DNA from: a virus
Taxonomy: Duplodnaviria; Caudoviricetes
IMG/VR virus record: IMGVR_UViG_3300038475_000059
Coordinates: 1-24,235 of that record
Strand: one strand, 5' to 3'
DNA: 24,235 bases
The notes below the pieces were generated by a model that worked only from the letters and a program-made list of their open reading frames with translations, did no database searches and was not told the origin of the DNA. Within the stretch, counting starts at the first letter, position 1. Every line of letters starts with the position of its first letter. This document shows positions 15,455-24,235 of this stretch, in pieces. The position numbers and the translations under genes are program-made.

Positions 15455-16149
15455 CAATTCTAAATGATCATATAGTAAACAGGCGTGAAGTTAAAAGAAT
15501 TCGAAACAATCTACCAAATAAAATACCAAAAATATTTCATCACGTTTGGCCGGGATTAGACCCTATGCCTGAAATTTTTAAATACTATATTCAAACATGG
15601 AAAGACAATCATCCCGATTGGGAATTTATGTTTTGGACACCAAAAAACCTTTTTAAATTACAAAACCAGAAATGGTATGATTTAGAAGAAGTATACGCAG
15701 GAAAAAGCGATATTGCACGTTATGAAATTTTGCAAAAATTTGGTGGTATTTATATTGATGTAGATATGGAATGCTATAAACCAATATATGAAATACTAAA
15801 TGGTGTTGAGTTCTTTGTTACATACGAACAAGACAATTATCTTGTTCCCACTATAATGGGTTGTACTCCAAAACATCCACTTATCAATAAAATTATTCAA
15901 CATATACCAGAAAGCTACAAAAAGAATCCAAATAGCACTAATATAACTATGAAAACTGGGCCCAAATTTATAAGCAGTTTATTAGACTATGATGACCCCA
16001 AATTAACGATTTACCCACGATATTATTTCCAACCAACTCTATATTTCGAAGAAGACAATATGAGTCACGAATATCCAGATAGTTATGGTATTCATCATTT
16101 TAATGGGAGAAAAAAGGGTGGATGGTTTTATAATTTAATTAATGAGTGA
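15451..16149 (+). CDS. Glycosyltransferase, GT32/OCH1-like DXD family (paralogue)
   Basis: IPKIFHHVW, SDIARYEILQKFGGIYIDVD, TGP and HHF motifs; start moved to ATG 15451 (ATGA overlap). Confidence 0.9.
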   Translation: MTILNDHIVNRREVKRIRNNLPNKIPKIFHHVWPGLDPMPEIFKYYIQTWKDNHPDWEFMFWTPKNLFKLQNQKWYDLEEVYAGKSDIARYEILQKFGGIYIDVDMECYKPIYEILNGVEFFVTYEQDNYLVPTIMGCTPKHPLINKIIQHIPESYKKNPNSTNITMKTGPKFISSLLDYDDPKLTIYPRYYFQPTLYFEEDNMSHEYPDSYGIHHFNGRKKGGWFYNLINE

Positions 16150-16816
16150 TAAAATGAAAGACATTAGTATTATTTTACCATATAGACCTGACAATGGTTA
16201 TCATGATAAAAACTTTAAATATGTCTACAAATTATTAAAATCACACTATCCAGATAGTGAAATGATAATAGGAAAAGATGAATGTGGTGGTACTTTATTT
16301 AATAGAAGTAATGCGGTTAACAATGGCGTTACAGAATCATCAAATAATATATTAATGCTTTATGATGTAGATGCGATACTTCCTCAAATTAATGTTCAAA
16401 GAAGTTTAGCATCGTTAGAAACATATCCAATGATATTCCCTTATGATAAATTTTGGTTATTATCTAAAAGAGTATCTCGTAAAATAATCAATGGAATGAG
16501 ATATAGTTTCTCTTCTCTTCCTAACGATAGGGGCGTAACACAGCTTGTTAAAGAAGGAAAGATTGGAGCAGCAGTTCAACTTGTTACACGTGATGCGTTT
16601 GATAGCGTTGGTGGTTTTAACGAAGATTTTGAAGGTTGGGGTTTTGAAGATGTCTATTTTAATTTTAAAATGATAAAAAAATACCCATTAGGTGAAGGTA
16701 TATGGGGAAAATGGCTTGATGAAGGTGATATTTTCCATTTATGGCATCCTCCAGCAGTTCCTAATAAAAAAAATATAGAAAAATATAATAAACTTACAGG
16801 ATTTTCGATCAAATGA
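16142..16816 (+). CDS. Glycosyltransferase, GT2-like with a GT7 C-terminal (galactosyltransferase-type) motif
   Basis: ISIILPYR, FNRSNAVNNG, YDVD, VGGFNEDFEGWGFED, HLWH. Confidence 0.9.
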   Translation: MSDKMKDISIILPYRPDNGYHDKNFKYVYKLLKSHYPDSEMIIGKDECGGTLFNRSNAVNNGVTESSNNILMLYDVDAILPQINVQRSLASLETYPMIFPYDKFWLLSKRVSRKIINGMRYSFSSLPNDRGVTQLVKEGKIGAAVQLVTRDAFDSVGGFNEDFEGWGFEDVYFNFKMIKKYPLGEGIWGKWLDEGDIFHLWHPPAVPNKKNIEKYNKLTGFSIK

Positions 16817-17499
16817 TATCAATAATCGTTCCATTTCGAGCTAATGATTTAGACAAAGGATACAGAGAATATAATTGTGCATATGTACTAAGACATTTTG
16901 AAGAGAACTTTCCCGATGCAGAAATCATAATCGGAGAAGACACAAGTGGAAACGAATACTTCTGCCGCTCACACGCAATCAACGACGGAGTAAAAGGCTC
17001 AAGCGGCAACATACTAATCATTTCAGATGCCGATATTATTATTTCACCACAAAATATTAACAAAGCATTAACAAAGATAAAAGATAGCCCTTTTATCATT
17101 CCTTTCGGTAAAATTGGTGATTTAAATCGTCAATTTAGTGAAAAGATTGTAAAACGCAATTTTCTTGCTAGAATACAAGAATTAAAGAGAGGTATGACTA
17201 CCAGCAGAGATATAAGTGAATATAAGATTGCTGGAGGAATACAAATCATAACAAGAAGACTTTTTAATAAAGTTAAAGGTTATGACGAACGATTTAAAGG
17301 TTGGGGGTGGGAAGACACCGCCTTTTGCTGGAAAATCAGACGAGAAATAGGAGATTACGATGTTTTAACCTCAGAATGGATATACCATTTATGGCATCCA
17401 AGACCCATTCCAAGTTTCGATAATTGTGATCTTGCCACAAAAATAAAAAATGAATGGGGGATAAAAGATGAACGTCATGATAGGTTGTCCCGTGAGTAA
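16813..17499 (+). CDS. Glycosyltransferase, GT2/GT7C-like (paralogue)
   Basis: ISIIVPFR, FCRSHAINDG, DAD, GYDERFKGWGWED, HLWH. Confidence 0.9.
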   Translation: MISIIVPFRANDLDKGYREYNCAYVLRHFEENFPDAEIIIGEDTSGNEYFCRSHAINDGVKGSSGNILIISDADIIISPQNINKALTKIKDSPFIIPFGKIGDLNRQFSEKIVKRNFLARIQELKRGMTTSRDISEYKIAGGIQIITRRLFNKVKGYDERFKGWGWEDTAFCWKIRREIGDYDVLTSEWIYHLWHPRPIPSFDNCDLATKIKNEWGIKDERHDRLSRE

Positions 17500-18190
17500 A
17501 AACAGGGTACTACCATCATACCTAGAAAGCATAAGAGGATTAGATTATCCAAAAGACAAAATTCACTTAGCCTTTTTAATTAATAACTGTACAGATAACA
17601 CCTATGATATCCTTTATACTTATAGAGAAGAATATCTTTCTGATTATCGAGAAATTAGTTTATGGGATGTAGATGGATTAAAACCCGGATATATAGATGG
17701 AGATAGATATAAAAAACGAGATTATGAGGCATTTGCTACAATTCGTAATACATGGTTAACCATGCTATCAGATGAAGACCAATACATATTTTCAGTCGAC
17801 TCTGATAATTTTGTCGACTCTTATGTCCTGAAACGTTTACTTTCCCATTCGAGAGACATAATTTCACCTTTGATTTATCATAATTTTGGACAATTCAACA
17901 TTATGAAAGAAACAGGATACCAAAATAAATATGCAAATATAACAGATTTCCCAAGAGAACTTATCCAAGTAGATGCTGTATGTTCAACTGTTTTAATAAA
18001 CAGAGAGGTGATTGATGCAGGCGTACGCTACGAATTCCATCGGCAAGGCGAAGACCTAGGATTCTGTTCTAATGCCCGTGATTCAGGCTTCGAAATCTGG
18101 TGCGATGCGACAATAGAAGTTAAACATGAAATGCTTTTAAATAAGACAGAATTATATAAAGAATGCATACCTAAGTGGGTAAAAAAATGA
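17468..18190 (+). CDS. GT-A fold glycosyltransferase (GT2 or Anp1-like)
   Basis: VMIGCPV, LDYPKDKI, IRN, FSVDSD, GEDLGFCSNARDSGFEIWCD...H. Confidence 0.85.
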   Translation: MNVMIGCPVSKNRVLPSYLESIRGLDYPKDKIHLAFLINNCTDNTYDILYTYREEYLSDYREISLWDVDGLKPGYIDGDRYKKRDYEAFATIRNTWLTMLSDEDQYIFSVDSDNFVDSYVLKRLLSHSRDIISPLIYHNFGQFNIMKETGYQNKYANITDFPRELIQVDAVCSTVLINREVIDAGVRYEFHRQGEDLGFCSNARDSGFEIWCDATIEVKHEMLLNKTELYKECIPKWVKK

Positions 18191-18744
18191 AAACGATAGG
18201 AATTATAGGTATAAGAGGAAATCGTGACCTACAACCTCTTATATGGGAACTGGAAGTATATTGTGAAAAGGTTTTTGTTATAGAAAAATCTCTTAATGAA
18301 ATTGATTTAGAAAGTGAAAACCCGGATTGGATAATGAGTATCTATTCCGATGAAATCCCTACTACTAGGCTTAGATATATGTTTGATTCATTAATTTTAA
18401 ATCAATATGTAAATACTTGGGAATCTAAGCTTATATATATGTGGGATGAGGAAACCTATCGTATAGATGGTCTTTGGAGTAATTTTAATGTTCCATTTTT
18501 ATGGAGATACATAAATGAAGTTAATTATAAATTTGAAGAATATGAGATTGTTCCAAAAAATATTACTGGGTCAATAGAAAATTCTTCAGTTCCATTATTA
18601 AATTATCAGTATGCAACTGATTCTAATCGGATTAATGCATATATAAGATTTCAAAAATATAAATCTGAATATAACCAAATAACACGTATGCATTATGATA
18701 GCTTAATGGACGATGAAATCAAACTAGAAAGGTGGATCGAATAA
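18187..18744 (+). CDS. Divergent GT2-like glycosyltransferase-related protein
   Basis: PDWIMSIYSDE matches the usual DWxxxLDADE with the first Asp lost; YMWD...YRIDGLW; coupled to the GT cluster; start moved to ATG 18187. Confidence 0.5.
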   Translation: MKTIGIIGIRGNRDLQPLIWELEVYCEKVFVIEKSLNEIDLESENPDWIMSIYSDEIPTTRLRYMFDSLILNQYVNTWESKLIYMWDEETYRIDGLWSNFNVPFLWRYINEVNYKFEEYEIVPKNITGSIENSSVPLLNYQYATDSNRINAYIRFQKYKSEYNQITRMHYDSLMDDEIKLERWIE

Positions 18745-18974
18745 TGCAAGGTATTACAAGTTACAAACATCTTAATAAACTTCTAGTAAAAATTCTAGAA
18801 GAATCAAAAAAGCCCTTAACAGCCCGAGAAATAGATGACCATATATTTAGGAATTACAAGACTAACAAGATTCATATCAATGCAATAGTGATAGCCAAGC
18901 GACTACAGTTTCTTCCGAATGTGGAGAAACTAGAGAAACGACGAGGAGTATACGTTTATCAATATTACGAGTAA
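18744..18974 (+). CDS. Winged helix-turn-helix protein, putative regulator
   Basis: LVKILEESKKPLTAREI...IAKRL...VEK...GVYVY wHTH pattern; start moved to ATG 18744 after a GGTGG RBS. Confidence 0.7.
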   Translation: MQGITSYKHLNKLLVKILEESKKPLTAREIDDHIFRNYKTNKIHINAIVIAKRLQFLPNVEKLEKRRGVYVYQYYE

Positions 18975-18978
18975 TCGG

Positions 18979-18993
18979 CATATTTAAATAAAC
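18979..18993 (+). promoter_or_regulatory. Putative late promoter, copy 2
   Basis: CATATTTAAATAAAC identical to 11626-11640, upstream of the protease/capsid operon. Confidence 0.6.
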
Positions 18994-19076
18994 ATAACAT
19001 AAGAAGATGAATTAAGGTTAGTTTTTTAATATAGTTTTCGAAAAAACTCTAAATACACCCAAAAAGGAGGGGTTAA

Positions 19077-20339
19077 ATGGGTTCGAAAAAAGATATGACT
19101 ACTTTTTCTGTTTACACAAAATTCAATGCAGGTGAGCCACTTCCAGACAATACTGGAATTCCGATAGAAGGTTTCGCTATTCACGATGGTCTTTTTAAAG
19201 AGATCGTTGAAATACCAAAAACCGAACTAAAGAACGCAGAGAAGACTATAGCTACTGCACAGTTCCGTAAAAATCACGGACAAGATGTAGAAGATGTCAT
19301 CGGTAAGGTGATGTTAGCACACATAGGATTTGATGAAATTGCTCAGAAAGATGGAGTGTTTTACCAAGCGTTTATTGATCAAGATGAAAGTAAAATAGCA
19401 GGTAAAGTAGCCAAAGGTTTAGTAAATGATGTAAGTATTGGTTTTGATATGACTCCCGAATGTAGTGAATGTGGAGAAGATTTTAGAAGATGCCCTCATT
19501 GGTTTGATGAAGCTCACATAATTGCAAGAGATATCGATATACATGAAGTATCTCTAGTAAGTCGTGGTGCCGATGCTGATGCAACTGCAAATATTAAAAG
19601 CTTCAAAGCACAATTTGATTACAAACGAGATGAACATAATATAAAAAACAATACAGAAGAAATTAAGAAAGATATAAATGTTATTAAAGGAGGAGAATTT
19701 ATGGCAGAAGAACAAGATAATGCTATAGACATGGGCGATATAGTTTCCAAGTTAACAGCTAGTCAGAAAGAAGCTATTGAAGCTAAACAACTAGCACAAA
19801 CTAAAACAGCAGAAGCCGATGGTCTAGCTACAAAGCTTAAAGCTGCTGAAGATGCAAGAGATGCACTCGAATTAGAGAAAACAGAACTTACATCTACAAA
19901 AGACGAACTTGAAAAAGACAATACAAGCAAATCAGAAGCTCTAACCGCAAGGGAACTTGCAGATAAAAAAGCTGAAGTAAGTAAAATTGTTGATGATGAA
20001 ATTTCAAGAAAATTACAAAAAGAAACAAATAAGGATGCTCGTATTGAAGAGTTAATGGGTACAGATCAGGTAGGACTTGATCAGATTAAAGACTTAGTAT
20101 CTAAATTCGACATACCTACAAGCAGCCCGGCAAAAGTTCCAATGACAGAAGGGTTTGAAAAATACCTCGACCAGTCTGGAGAACTAGATATAACTAATAA
20201 AGAAGTGAAACAAAGATATACCCACGATATATTCCGTTACGACAGAGTATTCGACCAAGAACCGGAAAAAGCAATTCCCGGACGAAGTTATATGGGATTC
20301 TATTCACACTTACAAAACAGAATGAATATGAGAGGGTGA
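19077..20339 (+). CDS. Prohead protease fused to a coiled-coil scaffold domain
   Basis: IEGFA, NH, VIGKV, DVSIG, CSECG...CPH and EVSLV..GAD protease motifs; long acidic coiled-coil C-terminal half; GGAGG RBS. Confidence 0.85.
   Translation: MGSKKDMTTFSVYTKFNAGEPLPDNTGIPIEGFAIHDGLFKEIVEIPKTELKNAEKTIATAQFRKNHGQDVEDVIGKVMLAHIGFDEIAQKDGVFYQAFIDQDESKIAGKVAKGLVNDVSIGFDMTPECSECGEDFRRCPHWFDEAHIIARDIDIHEVSLVSRGADADATANIKSFKAQFDYKRDEHNIKNNTEEIKKDINVIKGGEFMAEEQDNAIDMGDIVSKLTASQKEAIEAKQLAQTKTAEADGLATKLKAAEDARDALELEKTELTSTKDELEKDNTSKSEALTARELADKKAEVSKIVDDEISRKLQKETNKDARIEELMGTDQVGLDQIKDLVSKFDIPTSSPAKVPMTEGFEKYLDQSGELDITNKEVKQRYTHDIFRYDRVFDQEPEKAIPGRSYMGFYSHLQNRMNMRG
19701..20339 (+). CDS. Scaffold protein translated from a nested in-frame start
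   Basis: GGAGGAG RBS just before ATG 19701 (MAEEQ), at the protease/coiled-coil boundary. Confidence 0.6.
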   Translation: MAEEQDNAIDMGDIVSKLTASQKEAIEAKQLAQTKTAEADGLATKLKAAEDARDALELEKTELTSTKDELEKDNTSKSEALTARELADKKAEVSKIVDDEISRKLQKETNKDARIEELMGTDQVGLDQIKDLVSKFDIPTSSPAKVPMTEGFEKYLDQSGELDITNKEVKQRYTHDIFRYDRVFDQEPEKAIPGRSYMGFYSHLQNRMNMRG

Positions 20340-20345
20340 TTTTAA

Positions 20346-20780
20346 ATGCCAACAGAAGTACAACCCGGTGTAGCACTTATATATGTTGCAGGAGAACACA
20401 TCGCAGATGTGGAAGGTAAAGTTGTTGTCTATGGTGCTGAGGAACAAGAAGTAGTCCTTGGTCAAGATGGCGACACAAAATTTGCTGGTATTGTAATATC
20501 AGTAACCGGTGCACGAAGTGAATCTACCGCTATAGGAGTTATCGCAGCTAACTTAGGAGACAATATGGGAGTCGTAAACGACGGTGTTGTTGAAGTAGTA
20601 GCTGATGGTGCTGTATTATTCGGAGACGCTTTAGCTATAGGTACAGATGGTAAAGTGAAAGCTTTAACAGAAGTAGACCACATAGCAACTGCCGGAGATA
20701 TCATGTTAATGATAGGAAGAGCACAAGAAGACGCAGAAGACGGGGACATATTTAAAGCTCTAGTCTTTGCGAGGAAATAA
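20346..20780 (+). CDS. Capsid cement or decoration protein (DUF2190-like)
   Basis: Gly/Val/Ala-rich beta protein (GVVEVVADGAVLFGDAL...DGKV...IGRAQEDAEDGD) between scaffold and major capsid genes. Confidence 0.7.
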   Translation: MPTEVQPGVALIYVAGEHIADVEGKVVVYGAEEQEVVLGQDGDTKFAGIVISVTGARSESTAIGVIAANLGDNMGVVNDGVVEVVADGAVLFGDALAIGTDGKVKALTEVDHIATAGDIMLMIGRAQEDAEDGDIFKALVFARK

Positions 20781-20791
20781 GGGGTGTTAAA

Positions 20792-21628
20792 ATGGATGAT
20801 TTAAGAGTATTCGCCGATGGTGGATTCACAACTGCTGATATCCGATGGGAAATCTTCCTTGAAAGGACTATCATGAGATATATTGAATCTAACACAGTAA
20901 TGAGAAATTTCTGTTTCCTATACCCAATGATGCCCAACACATTCACAGCACGTATACCAAGAAACTACGCAACTGGAATGGCTGTTGAACTAGCAGAAGG
21001 GGTAGAAGTACCAGTCGTAAGACAGGTAACTGACAGTTTCGACTTATCCGTAATTAAATACGGTACAGGAGCTGAAATGACCGATGAAGCCAAAGAAACA
21101 GATTGGCTTGGAATATTAGGTCAAGATCAAATAACAGAATCTGCAAAGAGGATGTTAAGAAAAGAAAACGTTGATATACTTGCAGTATTATTAGCAGGTG
21201 CTGGTCACTCAGGAAACTCAGGAACCACAAACGTATTAAAATATGAAGATATTGTGCTTGCACAAACTCATATGATTAATGCTTTACGTGATCCCGATGT
21301 AGTGATAGTAAACGCTGACCAATACGCAGATTTAAGAATTGACGAAAGATTTACTAATGCTGCTGCTTCAGGAAGCACAGACACCCTACGAAGAGGAGTA
21401 GTTGGAGACGTTGCAGGATTAACACTAGTTGTTCTTCACGAAATGCCTTCAGGTACAGCAATTATGATGGACTCAGGAGAGAACCCATTATGGTTTGTCC
21501 AAAGACAGGGAATGAAAATCGGACGTTATAGGAATGAGAGAAGACAGCTTGATGGATTTGTAGTAACAGCATGGGCAAAACCAGCAATGGTTAAACCTGA
21601 CTGTGTATACAAGATATTAAATTGTTAG
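20792..21628 (+). CDS. Major capsid protein (HK97 fold)
   Basis: Synteny; AVELAEG, KYG...TDEA, VIVNADQYADLR and GVVGDVAGLTLV motifs. Confidence 0.88.
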   Translation: MDDLRVFADGGFTTADIRWEIFLERTIMRYIESNTVMRNFCFLYPMMPNTFTARIPRNYATGMAVELAEGVEVPVVRQVTDSFDLSVIKYGTGAEMTDEAKETDWLGILGQDQITESAKRMLRKENVDILAVLLAGAGHSGNSGTTNVLKYEDIVLAQTHMINALRDPDVVIVNADQYADLRIDERFTNAAASGSTDTLRRGVVGDVAGLTLVVLHEMPSGTAIMMDSGENPLWFVQRQGMKIGRYRNERRQLDGFVVTAWAKPAMVKPDCVYKILNC

Positions 21629-21670
21629 ATAAAATTATAATTTTTTAATATTTAATTAGGAGATATTGAC

Positions 21671-22108
21671 ATGGCAAAAAAAAGTTCTTCAAAAGCACAA
21701 GCAAAAGTAGAAGAAAAGAAGGTAGAACAGACAACAGCGAAAGCAGAACCTAAATTCTACAAAATTAGATTCGAAACTGAAAGCGGACTGCCTTATTCAT
21801 TTAAGGATCATGGATTGGAATATTCGAAAAACATTAAAGGAGATATAGTTACACATACTATGCTTCAAGAAACACCTTTCGAAATTAAAAATGGTCAAAC
21901 ATTGGAAATAGATGAAGACACATACAACTATCTTAAAGATAAAGGAGCCATATTATCACCCGTTGAAAAAGACGCTAGAGATAGGTTAAAAAGAAAGAAA
22001 ATGAGAAAAAGGTCAGTTAGAGCTGAACCTAAAAAAGATGTTCAAACTTGGGATGCAAAAACCAAGAATGCAGTTTTCAACGATTTACCTTATGACGTGG
22101 TGGAATAG
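21671..22108 (+). CDS. Hypothetical virion-module protein (145 aa, basic)
   Basis: GGAG RBS; immediately after the major capsid gene. Confidence 0.75.
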   Translation: MAKKSSSKAQAKVEEKKVEQTTAKAEPKFYKIRFETESGLPYSFKDHGLEYSKNIKGDIVTHTMLQETPFEIKNGQTLEIDEDTYNYLKDKGAILSPVEKDARDRLKRKKMRKRSVRAEPKKDVQTWDAKTKNAVFNDLPYDVVE

Positions 22109-22540
22109 ATGGCTTTAGATGATTTTATCGATTTAGATTTTGTACACAATGCTTTAGGGCTATCAGATGAAACCAAATTTGATGAAATCATTGCCAACGT
22201 TCTACTACCCTATACCTATATGACATTCAGTCAATTAGGTATAACAGAAACTGATTTAACTAATTACACAGAACAGCAAATAGCTAATATTCAAATGGTA
22301 GTAGCTGTGAACCTTGGTTGTTTTCTAGTTAAAACAGACCCCGAATTCGGACAAAAATATAATGTCTGGAAAGTTGGGAATGTAAGTAAAGGATATTTAA
22401 GAAGAATTAAAACTGATGTTGACACATGGTGTGATTACTATAGTGAACTCTTAATATATGTAGATAACGATTTAGGAATCACTCGTAGTGGAACTGCAAA
22501 AAGACCGGGGTTATACGATGACTATCCAATCCCTTATTAA
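22109..22540 (+). CDS. Probable head-tail adaptor
   Basis: Synteny; N-terminal FIDLDFVHNALGL and KVGNVSKGY hairpin resemble SPP1 gp15/HK97 gp6-type adaptors. Confidence 0.55.
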   Translation: MALDDFIDLDFVHNALGLSDETKFDEIIANVLLPYTYMTFSQLGITETDLTNYTEQQIANIQMVVAVNLGCFLVKTDPEFGQKYNVWKVGNVSKGYLRRIKTDVDTWCDYYSELLIYVDNDLGITRSGTAKRPGLYDDYPIPY

Positions 22541-22949
22541 AGAATTAGTATATCCGGGAGAGCAATATATATTGCAACATCGAGGAACTATACAACCCGC
22601 TCTGGGTCAATTACCTCAAGAAGATGCTCTTGGAAGTGTTAAACATGAATGGATAGATGTTAAAGAATTAATCGGAGTAATACAACGTGGTTCTCATGAT
22701 CCTCAAATAACCCGAGGACAAGAAGAACGAGCTGATTACTATGGATTTTTCGAACCAAATTTCGAAATTCCTGACGATGAACTATTTGAATATCGTATAA
22801 AACATATCTTTCCAGCAATGGAAAAAGGTAATCTTCCATTCATTCGTTATTTTAGATTTCAATCAATAGATAGGAATCTAAGACTAAATAACCAAATGAA
22901 TCATTATGAAATGACATTAGAACTTACTAAGCAAAATACTGTGATGTAA
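22518..22949 (+). CDS. Probable head-closure (stopper) protein
   Basis: Synteny; DALGS...W, GVIQ and C-terminal HYEMTL pattern; start moved to ATG 22518. Confidence 0.55.
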   Translation: MTIQSLIKELVYPGEQYILQHRGTIQPALGQLPQEDALGSVKHEWIDVKELIGVIQRGSHDPQITRGQEERADYYGFFEPNFEIPDDELFEYRIKHIFPAMEKGNLPFIRYFRFQSIDRNLRLNNQMNHYEMTLELTKQNTVM

Positions 22950-22950
22950 T

Positions 22951-23559
22951 ATGGCGATACCACCACTACTAGAATATTCGATTATACCGGGCCCAAGTTA
23001 TTATGAAGGGATGTCTCTACTAGGAAATATACCTCGTGTTACCAATGAGGTTTCTCGAGAAGAGTTAACCAAATTTGGTAGGGAAGTAATGCGAATTGCA
23101 AGAGCCGATCTCGGCAGAAGAGGCGGGACTGGAAACCTAGCATCAACTCTTAGGATGAGATGGGAAGGTGAAAAAATGGTTATCGAAGCTGGTGGAATGA
23201 TGGGAGTAGCTACTACAGGAGATCGAACAGACAACAGAGAGGTTGACTATGCTGCTTGGGTAGAACTCGGGCACAAAAGTCGATCAGGAAGTTGGGTTTC
23301 TCCACATCCATTCTTAAGGCCAGCTATACAATTAGCTTTATCTGGTGAAGGAGAAAATGGTGGTGTACCTGAAGGAGATAAAATCCTCAATGAAATATTA
23401 TACACAGCAAGAGCCAAAGCCGCTGTAACTGCTCCAGCAGCAGTAGCAGAATCTGCACTAGGACTTGGAGGTCTCTTAGCTATGGGTGCAGTCGCTATGA
23501 CAGCATTCTCAGCAATCTATGCAGGATCAGGTGATGGAGGAATGTTTGGAAATGATTGA
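22951..23559 (+). CDS. HK97 gp10-like neck or tail-completion protein with a hydrophobic C-terminal extension
   Basis: TGNLASTL, DYAAWVELGH and PHPFLRPA motifs. Confidence 0.75.
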   Translation: MAIPPLLEYSIIPGPSYYEGMSLLGNIPRVTNEVSREELTKFGREVMRIARADLGRRGGTGNLASTLRMRWEGEKMVIEAGGMMGVATTGDRTDNREVDYAAWVELGHKSRSGSWVSPHPFLRPAIQLALSGEGENGGVPEGDKILNEILYTARAKAAVTAPAAVAESALGLGGLLAMGAVAMTAFSAIYAGSGDGGMFGND

Positions 23560-24235
23560 TTTGGAAGTAATGCAAAACGAAAGGGTCGCAAGAACTTTTC
23601 GTGAAATGTGCGGTGATTTTTTTCCAGCCCAAACTGATGAAACTAAACGTTTTGTATTATCAGTACCAAATGGTTCAAGTTCAAATATAAAAGTACCCGT
23701 GTTTATAAGAAGAGATATAAAAGCTCAGTACCCTGAAATAAGAATTAGCCCTTTTGTTTCAACACCTGAAATTCTACATGTACAGAAATGGACAAGAAGT
23801 CCCGGTGTAGCACCGATGGAAGTACCAGATGTAATGTATCGAAGAACTAGAGTAGACGCAAGAGTAGTAAGATCAACATTTCAAGTTGATATATTCGCAC
23901 TTGATGAAGTTGATATATATCGGATAAGAGAAGCATTAAGACGAAGAATACACCAATTTAAATATGTTGAATCAGCTCCATTTGTCGAAACCCAAGGATG
24001 GGAAGAAATATTAGATATACATGGAAATTCAACAGGTGCATATCTTAATAATGATTACAACCCAGATATGTTAGACCTCATAAAAGCCTATGAGAATGGC
24101 GAAAAATTAGTAAAAACAGAAGATGTTGAAAATACAATTGGCTCATGGAATTTAACCGATGAAGGATTACATGTTCATCCATATGAAGATATAAACAAAA
24201 TCGAATATTGGGAAATAACCAATGGTGGAAAAGTT
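23552..24235 (+). CDS. Probable tail terminator-like protein, partial (runs off the window)
   Basis: Open frame from ATG 23552 (MIDLEVMQNERVARTF...YPEIRI...STFQVDIFA...) after a GGAGG element; YP and FQVDIFA motifs and synteny fit tail terminators. Confidence 0.55.
   Translation, partial: MIDLEVMQNERVARTFREMCGDFFPAQTDETKRFVLSVPNGSSSNIKVPVFIRRDIKAQYPEIRISPFVSTPEILHVQKWTRSPGVAPMEVPDVMYRRTRVDARVVRSTFQVDIFALDEVDIYRIREALRRRIHQFKYVESAPFVETQGWEEILDIHGNSTGAYLNNDYNPDMLDLIKAYENGEKLVKTEDVENTIGSWNLTDEGLHVHPYEDINKIEYWEITNGGKV

Larger units (their letters stand above)
1..24235. mobile_element. Segment of a tailed archaeal virus or provirus (Caudoviricetes), probably infecting a methanogen
   Basis: TerL-portal-protease-capsid-head/tail gene order; archaeal BRE-TATA promoters; no cellular housekeeping genes; no integrase or att site visible in the window. 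Confidence 0.88.

Noticed and set aside
14765-18744. GT cluster as a captured host cell-wall or EPS locus, or a provirus boundary
   Set aside because: No flippase, polymerase or sugar-synthesis genes; genes are tightly linked to viral neighbours and the head module resumes directly afterwards
11600-23234. Short minus-strand ORFs and 13898..14140 (+) within the virion module
   Set aside because: All overlap well-supported structural or GT genes and lack motifs or RBS
1-24235. tRNA, rRNA, integrase, transposase, intron/intein or alternative genetic code
   Set aside because: None recognised by eye; genes read through with the standard code and TAA, TAG and TGA all serve as stops. tRNAscan-SE or Infernal would be needed to exclude RNA genes formally

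Overview
The window is a segment of a tailed (HK97-fold, Caudoviricetes) virus or provirus with an archaeal host, probably a methanogen. Host evidence is BRE-TATA promoters such as AACCGAAACATTTATATA, GGAG/GGTGA ribosome-binding sites and an apparently leaderless late transcript; the host genus cannot be fixed from sequence alone. There are three blocks. (1) About 1-7110: a very AT-rich minus-strand array of small orphan genes built from repeated promoter/RBS/hairpin modules. It looks like an early or host-takeover region, and 1-4510 is strongly enriched in GATC. (2) About 7250-11410: a minus-strand operon of small genes with an HNH-like nuclease, headed by an ATP-dependent DNA ligase homologue with degenerate catalytic motifs. 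(3) 11662 to the end: the plus-strand virion module (terminase large subunit, portal, protease/scaffold, cement protein, major capsid protein, head-tail genes). The most striking feature is six tightly linked glycosyltransferase genes between portal and prohead protease, a candidate virus-encoded virion glycosylation pathway. All motif counts are by hand, and all family assignments come from visible motifs and synteny, not database searches.
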